The notes under the pieces: generated by a model
Database searches by the model: none
What the model was told of the DNA's origin: nothing
The model's input: the letters and a program-made list of their open reading frames with translations, nothing else
Shown: piece after piece, positions 1 to 8,822 of the stretch
How the letters are laid out: each line of letters begins with the position of its first letter
Position numbering within the stretch: position 1 is the first letter of the stretch
Assembly: GCA_963701245.1 (NCBI GenBank)
Contig: OY969576.1
Span: 208,456 to 272,455, forward strand
Source: an uncultured bacterium
GTDB taxonomy: Bacteria > Patescibacteriota > Saccharimonadia > Saccharimonadales > UBA4665
Direction: 5' to 3'
Length of the DNA: 64,000 nt
Translations under genes and position numbers: made by a program

Positions 1-920
1 AAGACCTCTGGAAACTGGTTAAGCCAACGATCCGGCAGATTGAAACTGACGACGGCATACTGGCTTTGGATGACACCATTGAAGAGAAGGCCTACACCGA
101 CGAAAACGACATCATTGCCTGGCACTATGACCACGTCTTCAACCGGAATGTGAAGGGCGTCAATATTCTCAATATGCTCTACCATAACGACCAGGCAACG
201 GTACCCTTGGGGTTTTGCCTGGTCAAGAAAGACGTACCTTTCACTGACCCGAAGACCGGCAAACAAAAACGCAAGTCCTCGGCCACCAAGAACGAACAGG
301 CCCGTGAGCTCATCGGGGCAGCCATCCAAAACCAGGTGAAGTTTCGCTACTGCCTTGCTGACAGTTGGTTTTCCTCACAGGAAAACATGGAGTTCATCGT
401 TGGCAAGGGCAAACACTTCATCTTTGCCCTCAAGAGTAATCGTACGTTTGCAAAAAGTAAGGAGGATAAACTACGAGGAGTATTCCACGCAGTCGAATCG
501 CTGGCCTGGGAAGAAAACACTACCAAGACAGGGTACCTCAAAGGCATGAATATGACGGTGCGTATCACCCGTCAAATCTTCACAAACGGAGATGACAGTC
601 AGGGTGTTTTGTATCTCGCTACCAGTGATCTGACGCTAGGACATACCGACATAACCACGATCTACCAAAAACGGTGGAAAGTGGAAGAGTACCACAAGTC
701 CGTAAAGTCCAACCTCGGGCTGGCCAAGTCACCGACCAAACGAGTGAAGACACAAAGTAACCACTTCTTTGCGGCAACCTATGCCTACCATAAGCTGGAA
801 CGACTGGCGAAAGCGAGCAATCTGAACCACTTTGCCTTAAAGGCAAAGCTATACCTCAAAGCTCAGCAAGCCAGTTTGGCTGAACTTCAGGTACTCAAAG
901 AAGCTGGAGGTTTTGCGTAA
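1..920 (+). CDS. DDE transposase, IS4 superfamily (partial, N-terminus outside window)
   Basis: Same protein as 7289..8383. Reading frame is open from nt 3. Carries the Y(2)R(3)E(6)K signature in YQKRWKVEEYHKSVK. Confidence 0.9.
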   Translation, partial: DLWKLVKPTIRQIETDDGILALDDTIEEKAYTDENDIIAWHYDHVFNRNVKGVNILNMLYHNDQATVPLGFCLVKKDVPFTDPKTGKQKRKSSATKNEQARELIGAAIQNQVKFRYCLADSWFSSQENMEFIVGKGKHFIFALKSNRTFAKSKEDKLRGVFHAVESLAWEENTTKTGYLKGMNMTVRITRQIFTNGDDSQGVLYLATSDLTLGHTDITTIYQKRWKVEEYHKSVKSNLGLAKSPTKRVKTQSNHFFAATYAYHKLERLAKASNLNHFALKAKLYLKAQQASLAELQVLKEAGGFA

Positions 921-929
921 GGTGAGTTA
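1..929 (+). mobile_element. IS4-superfamily insertion sequence, copy 1 (left part cut by window edge)
   Basis: nt 1-929 repeat 7464-8392 and 43359-44287, with identical ORF translations. Ends with right terminal repeat TGCGTAAGGTGAGT(TA) at 914-929. Confidence 0.9.
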
Positions 930-1052
930 ATAACCTTGCTTTGATGCCGTAAAAACCAATTAATTCTTCAACTTGTGGACGAGTTGTAATACTACCTTCG
1001 AAGGAGTAGATCATTACAAAAATAATAACATAAAATGATTATAATACAAATA

Positions 1053-1090
1053 CTTGGCTCCCCTTAGTGGGCAAGCTTAGAACTTTTGAC
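1053..1090 (-). repeat. Cassette-boundary repeat, A-type arm
   Basis: CTTGGCTCCCCTTAGTGGGCAAGCTTAGAACTTTTGAC; core CTTGGCTCC plus A arm. Confidence 0.7.
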
Positions 1091-1222
1091 TGTTGTGATT
1101 CAAAGATTGGGCAAGACGTTGCATAGAATCAGCCTGGTGTAGCTCTCTTGCTGCAGCTATTTCCCCGACTACGTCTTCAATTGGAATGAATTTAAAGCTC
1201 ACAAAAAACTAGCACAAAAAAA

Positions 1223-1918
1223 TTATACGCAGTGGATCAAGCCCTCCCATTTATAAGCATCGGACCTCTTCAGGGCACCATTGGCCAATTTGTTGACCAT
1301 TTTGAACTGACTGCGGTACGCAGCCACGGTTGCCATTTTCCCTAGCTGCTGGATGTTATCCAGTGCGACTGTTTCGACGCGAACATTTGAGTTGAGTAAT
1401 CGTTTTAGCTTTTCTACTGACAGTCGTCTAGGCCACTCCTTTAACCTCACTACTGGGAGTGCGTACGGTACGTCCGCATAAAATACGACATTATAGCCTT
1501 TGTCTCGCAGTATAACGCCGGCTTCTCGGACAGAGCAGTGATCTGGATGATTTCGAAAAAGTGTCCCTATTCCCGCCGGTAGGTATAATGACGAGTCCGA
1601 TTGTACCTGGGACTCGATGGCATCTGCAATGGCTATAATGTCACGTTGACAGTCTGCATAGGGAAGGTCAAGGAAGTCAAGGTACCTAATGGTGGTGTTG
1701 GTATCTTTGAGAGCCGCGTCATTCTCTGCTCTGCGGTCATACATGGAATCTTGTGCGTTTGTATATCCTGTTAATAAGTCCCATTTGCTAGGTTCAGGAC
1801 TTTCAGGGATGCCAGCGAAAACCGTGATTGATTCTGAGCCTAGAGCAAGTCGATTGTAGCAACTGAGCGGACCATCATCGATATGAGCAGAGATAATAAC
1901 CTCGTGGGGGGCATTCAT
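1223..1918 (-). CDS. PIG-L/LmbE-family deacetylase-like protein
   Basis: SAHIDDGPLS (AHPDD-like) and HPDH motifs. Start moved to MNAPHEV at 1918. Confidence 0.6.
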   Translation of the reverse strand: MNAPHEVIISAHIDDGPLSCYNRLALGSESITVFAGIPESPEPSKWDLLTGYTNAQDSMYDRRAENDAALKDTNTTIRYLDFLDLPYADCQRDIIAIADAIESQVQSDSSLYLPAGIGTLFRNHPDHCSVREAGVILRDKGYNVVFYADVPYALPVVRLKEWPRRLSVEKLKRLLNSNVRVETVALDNIQQLGKMATVAAYRSQFKMVNKLANGALKRSDAYKWEGLIHCV

Positions 1919-1957
1919 ATAGAGGTATACAATAACACAAAACATGGTAATTAACAA

Positions 1958-1998
1958 GTTTTGACTCCTCTCAGTTGACGGGCTTCGAACTTTTGATG
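1958..1998 (-). repeat. Cassette-boundary repeat, degenerate A-type
   Basis: GTTTTGACTCCTCTCAGTTGACGGGCTTCGAACTTTTGATG aligns to the A consensus. Confidence 0.5.
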
Positions 1999-2042
1999 TG
2001 TTGAAATCTGACGATTATGTACAAATGAAGCTTTGAGATTAT

Positions 2043-2303
2043 TTACGCAACTGTACGCTTTAATTTCTTGAGAACTATCTCATGATCCTTGACTACGTGC
2101 TCAATAATGATTAATCGATCATTAATATCGTTGACGGTTGCATGTACTTGATGTAACTCATGTCGAATAGTGGGTGCATCTTTTACGTATTCCGTGATGG
2201 CCTTTAGTTCATCTTGCAAAACCTCCCCATGCACTTCTTATCGTTTGTCATCGTTTAATGATTGCACGGCGTGGTCTAGTTTAGTCTTATAAATAGGGAT
2301 GAT
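2043..2303 (-). pseudogene. Small coiled-coil protein, paralogue of 8394..8657, with in-frame TAA
   Basis: The 63-aa ORF is about 75% identical to the C-terminal part of the 87-aa protein. Upstream in-frame sequence IIPIYKTKLDHAVQSLNDDKR is followed by a TAA (complement of 2238-2240) where the paralogue reads ERKEV. No ATG precedes it. Confidence 0.55.
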
Positions 2304-2330
2304 TTTCAGTCATTCGATAGTAAACGTCGT

Positions 2331-2364
2331 CCTAGCTCTCCCTAGTGGACGAGCTTAGAAGCTT
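2331..2364 (-). repeat. Cassette-boundary repeat, degenerate A-type
   Basis: CCTAGCTCTCCCTAGTGGACGAGCTTAGAAGCTT. Confidence 0.55.
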
Positions 2365-2692
2365 ACCGATTGAGTCGAGCCGCGATGGCGAAATGCAAGA
2401 AATAACGATCTAAGCTCTGGATAGATTCTTGACTTGCATGCTTATCAGAAATAATTTCTAAGAATTGTTGTTTTGCACGTCTTACTTCTTTTGCTCTTGG
2501 GGATTCTGATTTCCTCAAAATATAGATAGTGGCATTAAATAAATCAGTTGCACGCGCGATAGCCTGGTCCTTAGTCCTTTTGTCGTTAGCTTTAAAAGAT
2601 CGACCTACCTCACTGTAGATATTCCCCATTTGGTCAAATATGCCTAATTTTGCCCAACGTGTTCGGTCGACTGTGTAATGTTTTCTGTTCAT
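2363..2692 (-). CDS. Hypothetical helical protein (downstream gene of a two-gene cassette)
   Basis: 109-aa ORF that overlaps the upstream gene by 4 nt (ATGA-type coupling). Confidence 0.6.
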   Translation of the reverse strand: MNRKHYTVDRTRWAKLGIFDQMGNIYSEVGRSFKANDKRTKDQAIARATDLFNATIYILRKSESPRAKEVRRAKQQFLEIISDKHASQESIQSLDRYFLHFAIAARLNR

Positions 2693-3015
2693 TGCGTGAC
2701 TTTCCGCTTCACAATAGCAGTAATCTCTTCTCGAACGTTTTCATCTTCGATACCTCGTGACCTATTATTTTGCCTCTGACGAATGTTAATCATCGAGTCA
2801 AACTCAATGAACTCATCTGTGCCAAATTTCTCAGGATAAAGATTAATATCCCACAAGTCAGATTGTTTTGACTCCTCTTGGTCAACATGGAGTTCTGCAT
2901 CAACTACAAAAATTTGTTGTTTAATATCTACAACTGCTTTTACTAAATTGCCCAACATATTTTCAGCCATTTGAGTGAGCTCAGCAACAGTTATAGTATC
3001 TACTCTTTTCATCAT
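2689..3015 (-). CDS. DUF5674-like protein
   Basis: MAENMLGNLVKAVVDI...VVDAELHVDQEE...LWDINLYPEKFGTDEFIEFDSMINIR matches my recollection of the DUF5674 family common in CPR genomes. Confidence 0.6.
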   Translation of the reverse strand: MMKRVDTITVAELTQMAENMLGNLVKAVVDIKQQIFVVDAELHVDQEESKQSDLWDINLYPEKFGTDEFIEFDSMINIRQRQNNRSRGIEDENVREEITAIVKRKVTQ

Positions 3016-3030
3016 TTCAATTGTATCAAA

Positions 3031-3106
3031 ACAAAAAAACTTCCTGAGATGTCTTTTAAAGCATAAGCATCTTGGCTCCCCCTAGTGGACGTTCTTCGCA
3101 ACTATA
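3031..3106 (-). repeat. Cassette-boundary repeat (conserved left arm + core + A arm)
   Basis: ACAAAAAAACTTCCTGAGATGTCTTTTAAAGCATAAGCAT-CTTGGCTCC-CCCTAGTGGACGTTCTTCGCAAC. Confidence 0.75.
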
Positions 3107-3142
3107 GTAGTGCTGGCTTCATGATAGTTCTATAGTTAGAGC

Positions 3143-3712
3143 ATGGCCGAAAATAGACGATTAATAGCTGGGCAGATTGCTCCTGACTTCAGTCTAAAAG
3201 ATATTTATGGGAATAAGGTTAGACTGGCAGACTACAAGTATGACAAGCTACTCATTTGTTTTTTTAGATATGCAGGTTGTCCCTGGTGTAACCTGGCTAT
3301 TCACCGGCTTACAATGTCTTACCGTGCCCTAGACGAACTAAATCTCAAAATTATTGCTTTTATTCAGTCAGAACCTGCAAACATTCAGAGATATATATTT
3401 GATCGTCATGATCCACAGCCTCAATTTCCAATAATTGCCGATCCTGACCGTACTGTCTACAATTTGTATGGGGTTAATGACTCGATGTCTGCGGCCGCTA
3501 GATCGCTTGTTAAACTTCCGGACTGGTTGCATGCAAGTTTTGGTAGTAATTTTAAGCAAGGTAAGGTAGACGGAAGCTTAACTCTCGTCCCTGCTCAGTT
3601 CCTTATAGGGCAGAACAGCCACAAAATCTATAAAGTAAATTATGGAGCGGATTATTACAACAGTGCTCCCATAGTTGAGATTATGGATTTTGCACAATTT
3701 GGCGCAGATTAA
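3143..3712 (+). CDS. Peroxiredoxin-like thioredoxin-fold protein (AhpC/TSA family)
   Basis: APDFSLKDIYGNKVRLADY...FFRYAGCPWC motif. Confidence 0.65.
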   Translation: MAENRRLIAGQIAPDFSLKDIYGNKVRLADYKYDKLLICFFRYAGCPWCNLAIHRLTMSYRALDELNLKIIAFIQSEPANIQRYIFDRHDPQPQFPIIADPDRTVYNLYGVNDSMSAAARSLVKLPDWLHASFGSNFKQGKVDGSLTLVPAQFLIGQNSHKIYKVNYGADYYNSAPIVEIMDFAQFGAD

Positions 3713-3880
3713 TGGTAAGACTAAACCAAGACTAAGTTACTTGCTTCTCAGAATCTAACTTCGCTGCCTTACTTTTAGCCGAGCCTGAGTTGCCTTGTAA
3801 AACTACTAGTTTATTATCGTAAAGTTTCATAAATAATAATAGCAAAGTGGAAGTTCTGGAGCTGTCCGCTATCCTCGTTC

Positions 3881-3963
3881 AAAATAAAAAACAGAGACTA
3901 CCTGCCTCTGATGAGTTCGTCGAAACTTGGCTCCACCTAGTGGACGAGCTTCGAACTTTTGAG
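3881..3963 (-). repeat. Cassette-boundary repeat (A-run, hairpin, core, A arm)
   Basis: Hairpin CAGAG..CTCTG at 3892-3910, then CTTGGCTCCACCTAGTGGACGAGCTTCGAACTTTTGAG at 3926-3963. Confidence 0.75.
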
Positions 3964-3978
3964 AATTCTGAATTAGTC

Positions 3979-4218
3979 TCAAACAGTGAGCTTGTAACCA
4001 ATTTTGTCTGCTAGTTCATGAGTCCACTTGTCTAAACGATCAAGTTGGTGACCTATTACTAGTCTTTCCTCTTCATTTATTTCCTGCTTTTTCGGTAATT
4101 CATCAATCATGTTGTCAAGTCTATCAAATCTCAATGTTTGTTTCTCAAATTTTTCGTCAATCTTATCAAATCGTACAGTCATGTATTTAAACAGCTTTGT
4201 GAATTCATCTTGGCTCAT
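3979..4218 (-). CDS. Small coiled-coil protein
   Basis: 79-aa ORF rich in D/E/K heptad-like sequence. Occupies a single cassette. Confidence 0.6.
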   Translation of the reverse strand: MSQDEFTKLFKYMTVRFDKIDEKFEKQTLRFDRLDNMIDELPKKQEINEEERLVIGHQLDRLDKWTHELADKIGYKLTV

Positions 4219-4262
4219 GACACTATTTTAACATATTTACGTCATTTCAATTTTATGTCTTT

Positions 4263-4333
4263 AAATCAAAAAGACCTCTAATAAATAGAGGTCAAAATGC
4301 TTATGGCTCAGTTGACTTTGACGAAATGGAACC
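4263..4333 (-). repeat. Cassette-boundary repeat, degenerate
   Basis: Hairpin AGACCTCTA/TAGAGGTC at 4272-4293, then CTTATGGCTCAGTTGACTTTGACGAAATGG. Confidence 0.45.
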
Positions 4334-4416
4334 GTATCAAGGCTGAAATGATAGAAATGTGGCAGCTAGTAGTATCTAATAACTTAACTTCAAATTTAAG
4401 TGCTTAGCAATTTGTT

Positions 4417-4665
4417 CTATTTGTTTTCGAGCCTGTCTACTTTCGCCCCAAGCGCAAGCATCTCTTGCATGTATGTTTCGGCCTGTTTGGCATATGCGTC
4501 TACTGCTCTTGCATATATATCAATAGATTGTTTTAATTCTTCACGAATCAGATTACTTTCTTTTTGCGAGTTTTCAAATCCCTTAACTATACTCGACGCC
4601 ATTCGTTCTAACTGAGCATCCAACTTGTCTATTTTTTCATCCAGTGTTAGAGATTGTTTCGTCAT
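4417..4665 (-). CDS. Small coiled-coil protein
   Basis: 82-aa ORF. A shifted frame just past the stop reads QIEQIAKHLNLKLSY, which resembles the C-terminus of 3979..4218, so the 3' end may be frameshifted. Confidence 0.55.
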   Translation of the reverse strand: MTKQSLTLDEKIDKLDAQLERMASSIVKGFENSQKESNLIREELKQSIDIYARAVDAYAKQAETYMQEMLALGAKVDRLENK

Positions 4666-4705
4666 GAAATAATTGTAGCATCAATACCCTTATATCTACT
4701 TTTCT

Positions 4706-4747
4706 GTATAAGCATCTGGCTCCCCCTCTGGTGGTCGACCTTTTCGG
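4706..4747 (-). repeat. Cassette-boundary repeat, A-type variant
   Basis: TATAAGCAT-CTGGCTCC-CCCTCTGGTGGTCGACCTTTTCGG. Confidence 0.55.
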
Positions 4748-5290
4748 CTATGTATTTATTGAATCTACAACAAACTTGACTGCATCAATGAGATGATGTG
4801 CGCAAAACACTGCATGGGGAGAAACGACCTTTTTATTGGTTGCAGTTTTGACCAAGATGCCTCCCTTACAATGTGCATTCAATGCTGCTTGTATATCCGA
4901 ATCACTGTCACCTATCATATAAGTCCGTGTGAGATTTAGTTCAAAGTCTTTTGCTGCTTGTAGCAACATATTTGGTCCAGATTTACGCCAATCAGTTGCA
5001 CTTGGTCCAGCTTTCTCTCCATTCATATATGTTTTTAATACTTTTACGCCGCTCGGTTCTAATTTACGTAATATTACGTCGTGAATACGCCAGAAATCAT
5101 CCTCTGTAATACGCCCTTCTGCGATGCCAGCCTGATTAGTAACAAAAACTACCGAAAAATCATTAGTTGCAAGATAATTAAGTGCTTCAATAGAGTCCGA
5201 AAATAATTCTATTTTTTCAATAGAATCAACACGCTCATCTTTCGGGTCAACGATTACAGTACCATCTCGGTCAAGGATTACTACGTTCAT
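4748..5290 (-). CDS. HAD-IIIA family phosphatase (GmhB-like)
   Basis: VVILDRDGTV, VTNQAGIA and IGDSDSDIQAA motifs. Start set at MNVVILD. Confidence 0.7.
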   Translation of the reverse strand: MNVVILDRDGTVIVDPKDERVDSIEKIELFSDSIEALNYLATNDFSVVFVTNQAGIAEGRITEDDFWRIHDVILRKLEPSGVKVLKTYMNGEKAGPSATDWRKSGPNMLLQAAKDFELNLTRTYMIGDSDSDIQAALNAHCKGGILVKTATNKKVVSPHAVFCAHHLIDAVKFVVDSINT

Positions 5291-5300
5291 GTCAATACTA

Positions 5301-5389
5301 TAACAAAACAAAAAGATCTCCGAAGAAGTCTTTTAAGCATAAGCGTCTTGGCTCGGCAAATGATTTTTATTCCAAACTTTTTCAATCAG
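5301..5389 (-). repeat. Cassette-boundary repeat (left arm + core + truncated B1 arm)
   Basis: AACAAAACAAAAAGATCTCCGAAGAAGTCTTTTAAGCATAAGCGT-CTTGGCTC-GGCAAATGATTTTTATTCCAAACTTTTT. Confidence 0.75.
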
Positions 5390-6155
5390 AGAACAGACGA
5401 GAATTACTCTCGGTCCACCGTGCCCGCTTTTCAACTTCATCAAGATCACCATTCTCAACCCATTCGACTTGCGGCTGAACGCCTCGACTCGCAAGATATG
5501 CCTCGTGTCTACCGACAGATCTTTGCATTGCGGCAACTTTAGTCGCGACATTTGGTATAGTTGGGGTGCCATAGGCCTCAAAAAAGACGCTAATCCGATG
5601 TTGTCTATTAGGTACTTTCGGAAAGTGGTGCCACTTGATCGTTGTTTCATCGTCCCGAAATGGGGCAGAATACTCAAGCCCATACAAAATATCTTCTTCG
5701 GGGACAGCTGGATGTACAAGATCCCAGTCAATTATTCCTACAGGATCACTACCTCGCCAAACAATGTTCCATGGGCCAAAATCTCCATGGCAAACAATCT
5801 CTCCCGGCTTAAGGTATACAGCTCCGGTTGACCACTCTAAGTTCTCGTGTGGTTTATATTCTGCAATTGCGTCATGGTATGAACGTAATAACTTAGCAAA
5901 TTTTCGGAGGCCTTCATCACTAACGATTCTCTCCCATCCGGCTGCACCGGACTCGCCTTCAACGTAACTGAGGACTTCCCGGCCATCCGAGTCATTTTCG
6001 AATACCCGGGGAGAATATGGGAAATCTAGTGATTTAAGGTACTTAAGTAAGTCATGAACGGCGGGCGTCCACCAATGAGTCGGGCGATGGACTTTATCGC
6101 CAATACGTACGATGGATCGTTTGTCATCAGTAGTTAGTTGTTCTTCATCCACCAA
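5382..6155 (-). CDS. Aminoglycoside-phosphotransferase (APH)-family kinase
   Basis: HGDFGPWNIVW and IIDWD catalytic-loop motifs. Confidence 0.7.
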   Translation of the reverse strand: MVDEEQLTTDDKRSIVRIGDKVHRPTHWWTPAVHDLLKYLKSLDFPYSPRVFENDSDGREVLSYVEGESGAAGWERIVSDEGLRKFAKLLRSYHDAIAEYKPHENLEWSTGAVYLKPGEIVCHGDFGPWNIVWRGSDPVGIIDWDLVHPAVPEEDILYGLEYSAPFRDDETTIKWHHFPKVPNRQHRISVFFEAYGTPTIPNVATKVAAMQRSVGRHEAYLASRGVQPQVEWVENGDLDEVEKRARWTESNSRLFSD

Positions 6156-6173
6156 ATTATCATATCAAAAAGA

Positions 6174-7208
6174 AATTGAGGTAAAGGAATGGATATATCA
6201 GGTCGAGGCTCTAAACATATAGGACGTCTAAGTTAATAGTAGCATTCTCATATCCGGGCAGACTCTGTAAGTATTCGAGTGGTGTCATCATACCGAGTGA
6301 GGTATGTGGGCGGTATGTATTGTAGCGTTCGCAGTCTTCCAACAGGAATCGCTTAAGGTCCACGAAATTATGATCTATTTTGAAATGTTTCCGTAGGTAT
6401 TTGTCTGAGCCATGGCTGCGCTCAATAAACCCATTGAGTTGTGGTGAGCTGGCTTTAATTAAGCGATGCTCAATACCATGGCTGGTCAGCCATATGGTTA
6501 CTGGGTGAGTTATCTTATCCTGTGGCCACTGGGTGTAGGTGAACTCAGTACCATTGTCTGTCTGGATGGTTTGAAAGCTGAAAGCTGGCTCAAAGAATCT
6601 GACGGCATGCTCCAGGAAGTCGATGGTATTTCGGGGATGGTAATCATAGTACAGGCGCTTGTATTTGAGCCTGGTGGCACAATCTATGATGTCGTATTGG
6701 TAGGCGGCTCGTTTCCAGTGCTTCACGTCCATCTGACCACGCTCACCGGGTACATATTGCTGGTCAGATAGTTTACGTGAACGTTTGTTGACCTTTCTCT
6801 TAGCGAGCAATTCAGCTCGCCTAAGAACGTTATTAACACCTTTATGAGATATGGTGATGCCATAATCCCGCTCAAGGATCCTGGATAGGCCGTGCTTACC
6901 GTAGCCATACTCCAATCTCAGGCCAACGATGAGACCAGCTAATTCCTCATCAATTATGCGAGGGTTATCTTTTGGTATTCTGGGCTTGTCGTAAAGTGCT
7001 GTTACTTTCTTATCTCCGGCAATCCAACGTTTATGCCAATAGTAGTACTCACTCCTTGCTATTCCAAACCATTTACAAGCTTCAGTAACACTACCTAATT
7101 CTTCTGCCTTCCTAAACCAAGCAAGTCTAATCCGAGCTCCGTAGACTAAGAGCTGTTTCTGGGTCATAGTTCTGGTACTCACTTTCATTACTCCTTTCTA
7201 TCTTAATT
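6174..7208 (-). mobile_element. IS481/IS3-superfamily-like insertion sequence
   Basis: Single rve-type transposase ORF. Imperfect terminal repeats AATTGAGGTAAAGGAAT (6174-) and the complement of AATTAAGATAGAAAGGAGT (-7208). Boundaries are tentative. Confidence 0.55.
6211..7188 (-). CDS. Integrase-core (rve) DDE transposase, IS481-like
   Basis: N-terminal HTH region, then GERGQMDVKH...IQTDNGTEF...NGFIERSH, typical of retroviral-integrase-type transposases. Confidence 0.8.
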   Translation of the reverse strand: MKVSTRTMTQKQLLVYGARIRLAWFRKAEELGSVTEACKWFGIARSEYYYWHKRWIAGDKKVTALYDKPRIPKDNPRIIDEELAGLIVGLRLEYGYGKHGLSRILERDYGITISHKGVNNVLRRAELLAKRKVNKRSRKLSDQQYVPGERGQMDVKHWKRAAYQYDIIDCATRLKYKRLYYDYHPRNTIDFLEHAVRFFEPAFSFQTIQTDNGTEFTYTQWPQDKITHPVTIWLTSHGIEHRLIKASSPQLNGFIERSHGSDKYLRKHFKIDHNFVDLKRFLLEDCERYNTYRPHTSLGMMTPLEYLQSLPGYENATINLDVLYV

Positions 7209-8392
7209 ACTCACCTTACGCATCACTCCCACTTTCTTGAGTCCTGGGGCATACTAAAAGCAGTCAACCTTTCATCAAGGATGTTGCTATGCCAAAACAA
7301 AAACAATCCAAGCCCGTCAACGTACCAATGCTTGACCTGTATTCTGACTATCTCATCAGCTCATTCGGATTGACCACGGCAACTGGTATGTCGGCCGCCC
7401 TGGACGGGTCAGTCGGCCATGACGACGTCACCCGTTTCCTGTCTGCCCGGGAATATACCAACAAAGACCTCTGGAAACTGGTTAAGCCAACGATCCGGCA
7501 GATTGAAACTGACGACGGCATACTGGCTTTGGATGACACCATTGAAGAGAAGGCCTACACCGACGAAAACGACATCATTGCCTGGCACTATGACCACGTC
7601 TTCAACCGGAATGTGAAGGGCGTCAATATTCTCAATATGCTCTACCATAACGACCAGGCAACGGTACCCTTGGGGTTTTGCCTGGTCAAGAAAGACGTAC
7701 CTTTCACTGACCCGAAGACCGGCAAACAAAAACGCAAGTCCTCGGCCACCAAGAACGAACAGGCCCGTGAGCTCATCGGGGCAGCCATCCAAAACCAGGT
7801 GAAGTTTCGCTACTGCCTTGCTGACAGTTGGTTTTCCTCACAGGAAAACATGGAGTTCATCGTTGGCAAGGGCAAACACTTCATCTTTGCCCTCAAGAGT
7901 AATCGTACGTTTGCAAAAAGTAAGGAGGATAAACTACGAGGAGTATTCCACGCAGTCGAATCGCTGGCCTGGGAAGAAAACACTACCAAGACAGGGTACC
8001 TCAAAGGCATGAATATGACGGTGCGTATCACCCGTCAAATCTTCACAAACGGAGATGACAGTCAGGGTGTTTTGTATCTCGCTACCAGTGATCTGACGCT
8101 AGGACATACCGACATAACCACGATCTACCAAAAACGGTGGAAAGTGGAAGAGTACCACAAGTCCGTAAAGTCCAACCTCGGGCTGGCCAAGTCACCGACC
8201 AAACGAGTGAAGACACAAAGTAACCACTTCTTTGCGGCAACCTATGCCTACCATAAGCTGGAACGACTGGCGAAAGCGAGCAATCTGAACCACTTTGCCT
8301 TAAAGGCAAAGCTATACCTCAAAGCTCAGCAAGCCAGTTTGGCTGAACTTCAGGTACTCAAAGAAGCTGGAGGTTTTGCGTAAGGTGAGTTA
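7209..8392 (+). mobile_element. IS4-superfamily insertion sequence, copy 2 (complete)
   Basis: Terminal inverted repeats ACTCACCTTACGCA (7209-) and TGCGTAAGGTGAGT (-8390). About 1.18 kb with one transposase gene. Confidence 0.85.
7289..8383 (+). CDS. DDE transposase, IS4 superfamily
   Basis: 364 aa with the Y(2)R(3)E(6)K signature. Identical to 43184..44278. Confidence 0.9.
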   Translation: MPKQKQSKPVNVPMLDLYSDYLISSFGLTTATGMSAALDGSVGHDDVTRFLSAREYTNKDLWKLVKPTIRQIETDDGILALDDTIEEKAYTDENDIIAWHYDHVFNRNVKGVNILNMLYHNDQATVPLGFCLVKKDVPFTDPKTGKQKRKSSATKNEQARELIGAAIQNQVKFRYCLADSWFSSQENMEFIVGKGKHFIFALKSNRTFAKSKEDKLRGVFHAVESLAWEENTTKTGYLKGMNMTVRITRQIFTNGDDSQGVLYLATSDLTLGHTDITTIYQKRWKVEEYHKSVKSNLGLAKSPTKRVKTQSNHFFAATYAYHKLERLAKASNLNHFALKAKLYLKAQQASLAELQVLKEAGGFA

Positions 8393-8393
8393 C

Positions 8394-8657
8394 TTAAGCA
8401 ATCTTACGTTTTAGTTTCTTGAGATCTGATTCATGCTCTTTTACGACGTGTTCAATAGTTGTCAGTCGATCACTAATTTCATTAACGGTGGCATGTACTT
8501 GGTGCAGTTCTTGTTGAATAGAAGGTACGTCTTTAACGTACTCTGTGATGACTTTTAGCTCATCCGCTAAAACTTCGCCTAATACTTCTTTTCTTTCGTC
8601 ATCGCTTAATGATTGCATAGTATCGTTTAGTTTAAGCTTATACATAGCGATTATCAA
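8394..8657 (-). CDS. Small coiled-coil protein (intact paralogue of 2043..2303)
   Basis: 87-aa ORF. Its stop codon lies 1-3 nt from the right end of IS copy 2. Confidence 0.6.
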   Translation of the reverse strand: MIIAMYKLKLNDTMQSLSDDERKEVLGEVLADELKVITEYVKDVPSIQQELHQVHATVNEISDRLTTIEHVVKEHESDLKKLKRKIA

Positions 8658-8660
8658 TAA

Positions 8661-8822
8661 TTATTAACAAACAAAAAAACTTCCAAAAAAGTCTTTTAAT
8701 CATAAGCATCTTGGCTCGGCAAATGGTTTTTATTCCAAACTTTTGAAGAGCTGGACCGTTCTAAAAACAAGGAGCTGGAGACCCAGCAAATACGACAACT
8801 TATCGATAAACCCGATAATTAA
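8661..8822 (-). repeat. Cassette-boundary repeat (left arm + core + full B1 arm)
   Basis: TTAACAAACAAAAAAACTTCCAAAAAAGTCTTTTAATCATAAGCAT-CTTGGCTC-GGCAAATGGTTTTTATTCCAAACTTTTGAAGAGCTGG... The arm stays open as WLGKWFLFQTFEELD...QQIRQLIDKPDN*. Confidence 0.8.

Noticed and set aside
347-846. Antisense and alternative-frame ORFs of 64-127 aa inside each IS copy (also 7348-8309 and 43243-44204).
   Set aside because: They lie entirely within the transposase gene, whose family signature is clear, and they repeat only because the IS repeats. No start context or recognisable motifs.
3732-3830. 32-aa minus-strand ORF MKLYDNKLVVLQGNSGSAKSKAAKLDSEKQVT between the peroxiredoxin gene and the next repeat.
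   Set aside because: No Shine-Dalgarno sequence, very short, no paralogue in the window. Insufficient support.
5333-5967. ORFs 5333..5731(-), 5348..5542(+), 5469..5831(+) and 5635..5967(+), all overlapping the APH-family kinase gene.
   Set aside because: The 257-aa frame carries the kinase catalytic motifs. The others are out-of-frame overlaps with low-complexity translations.
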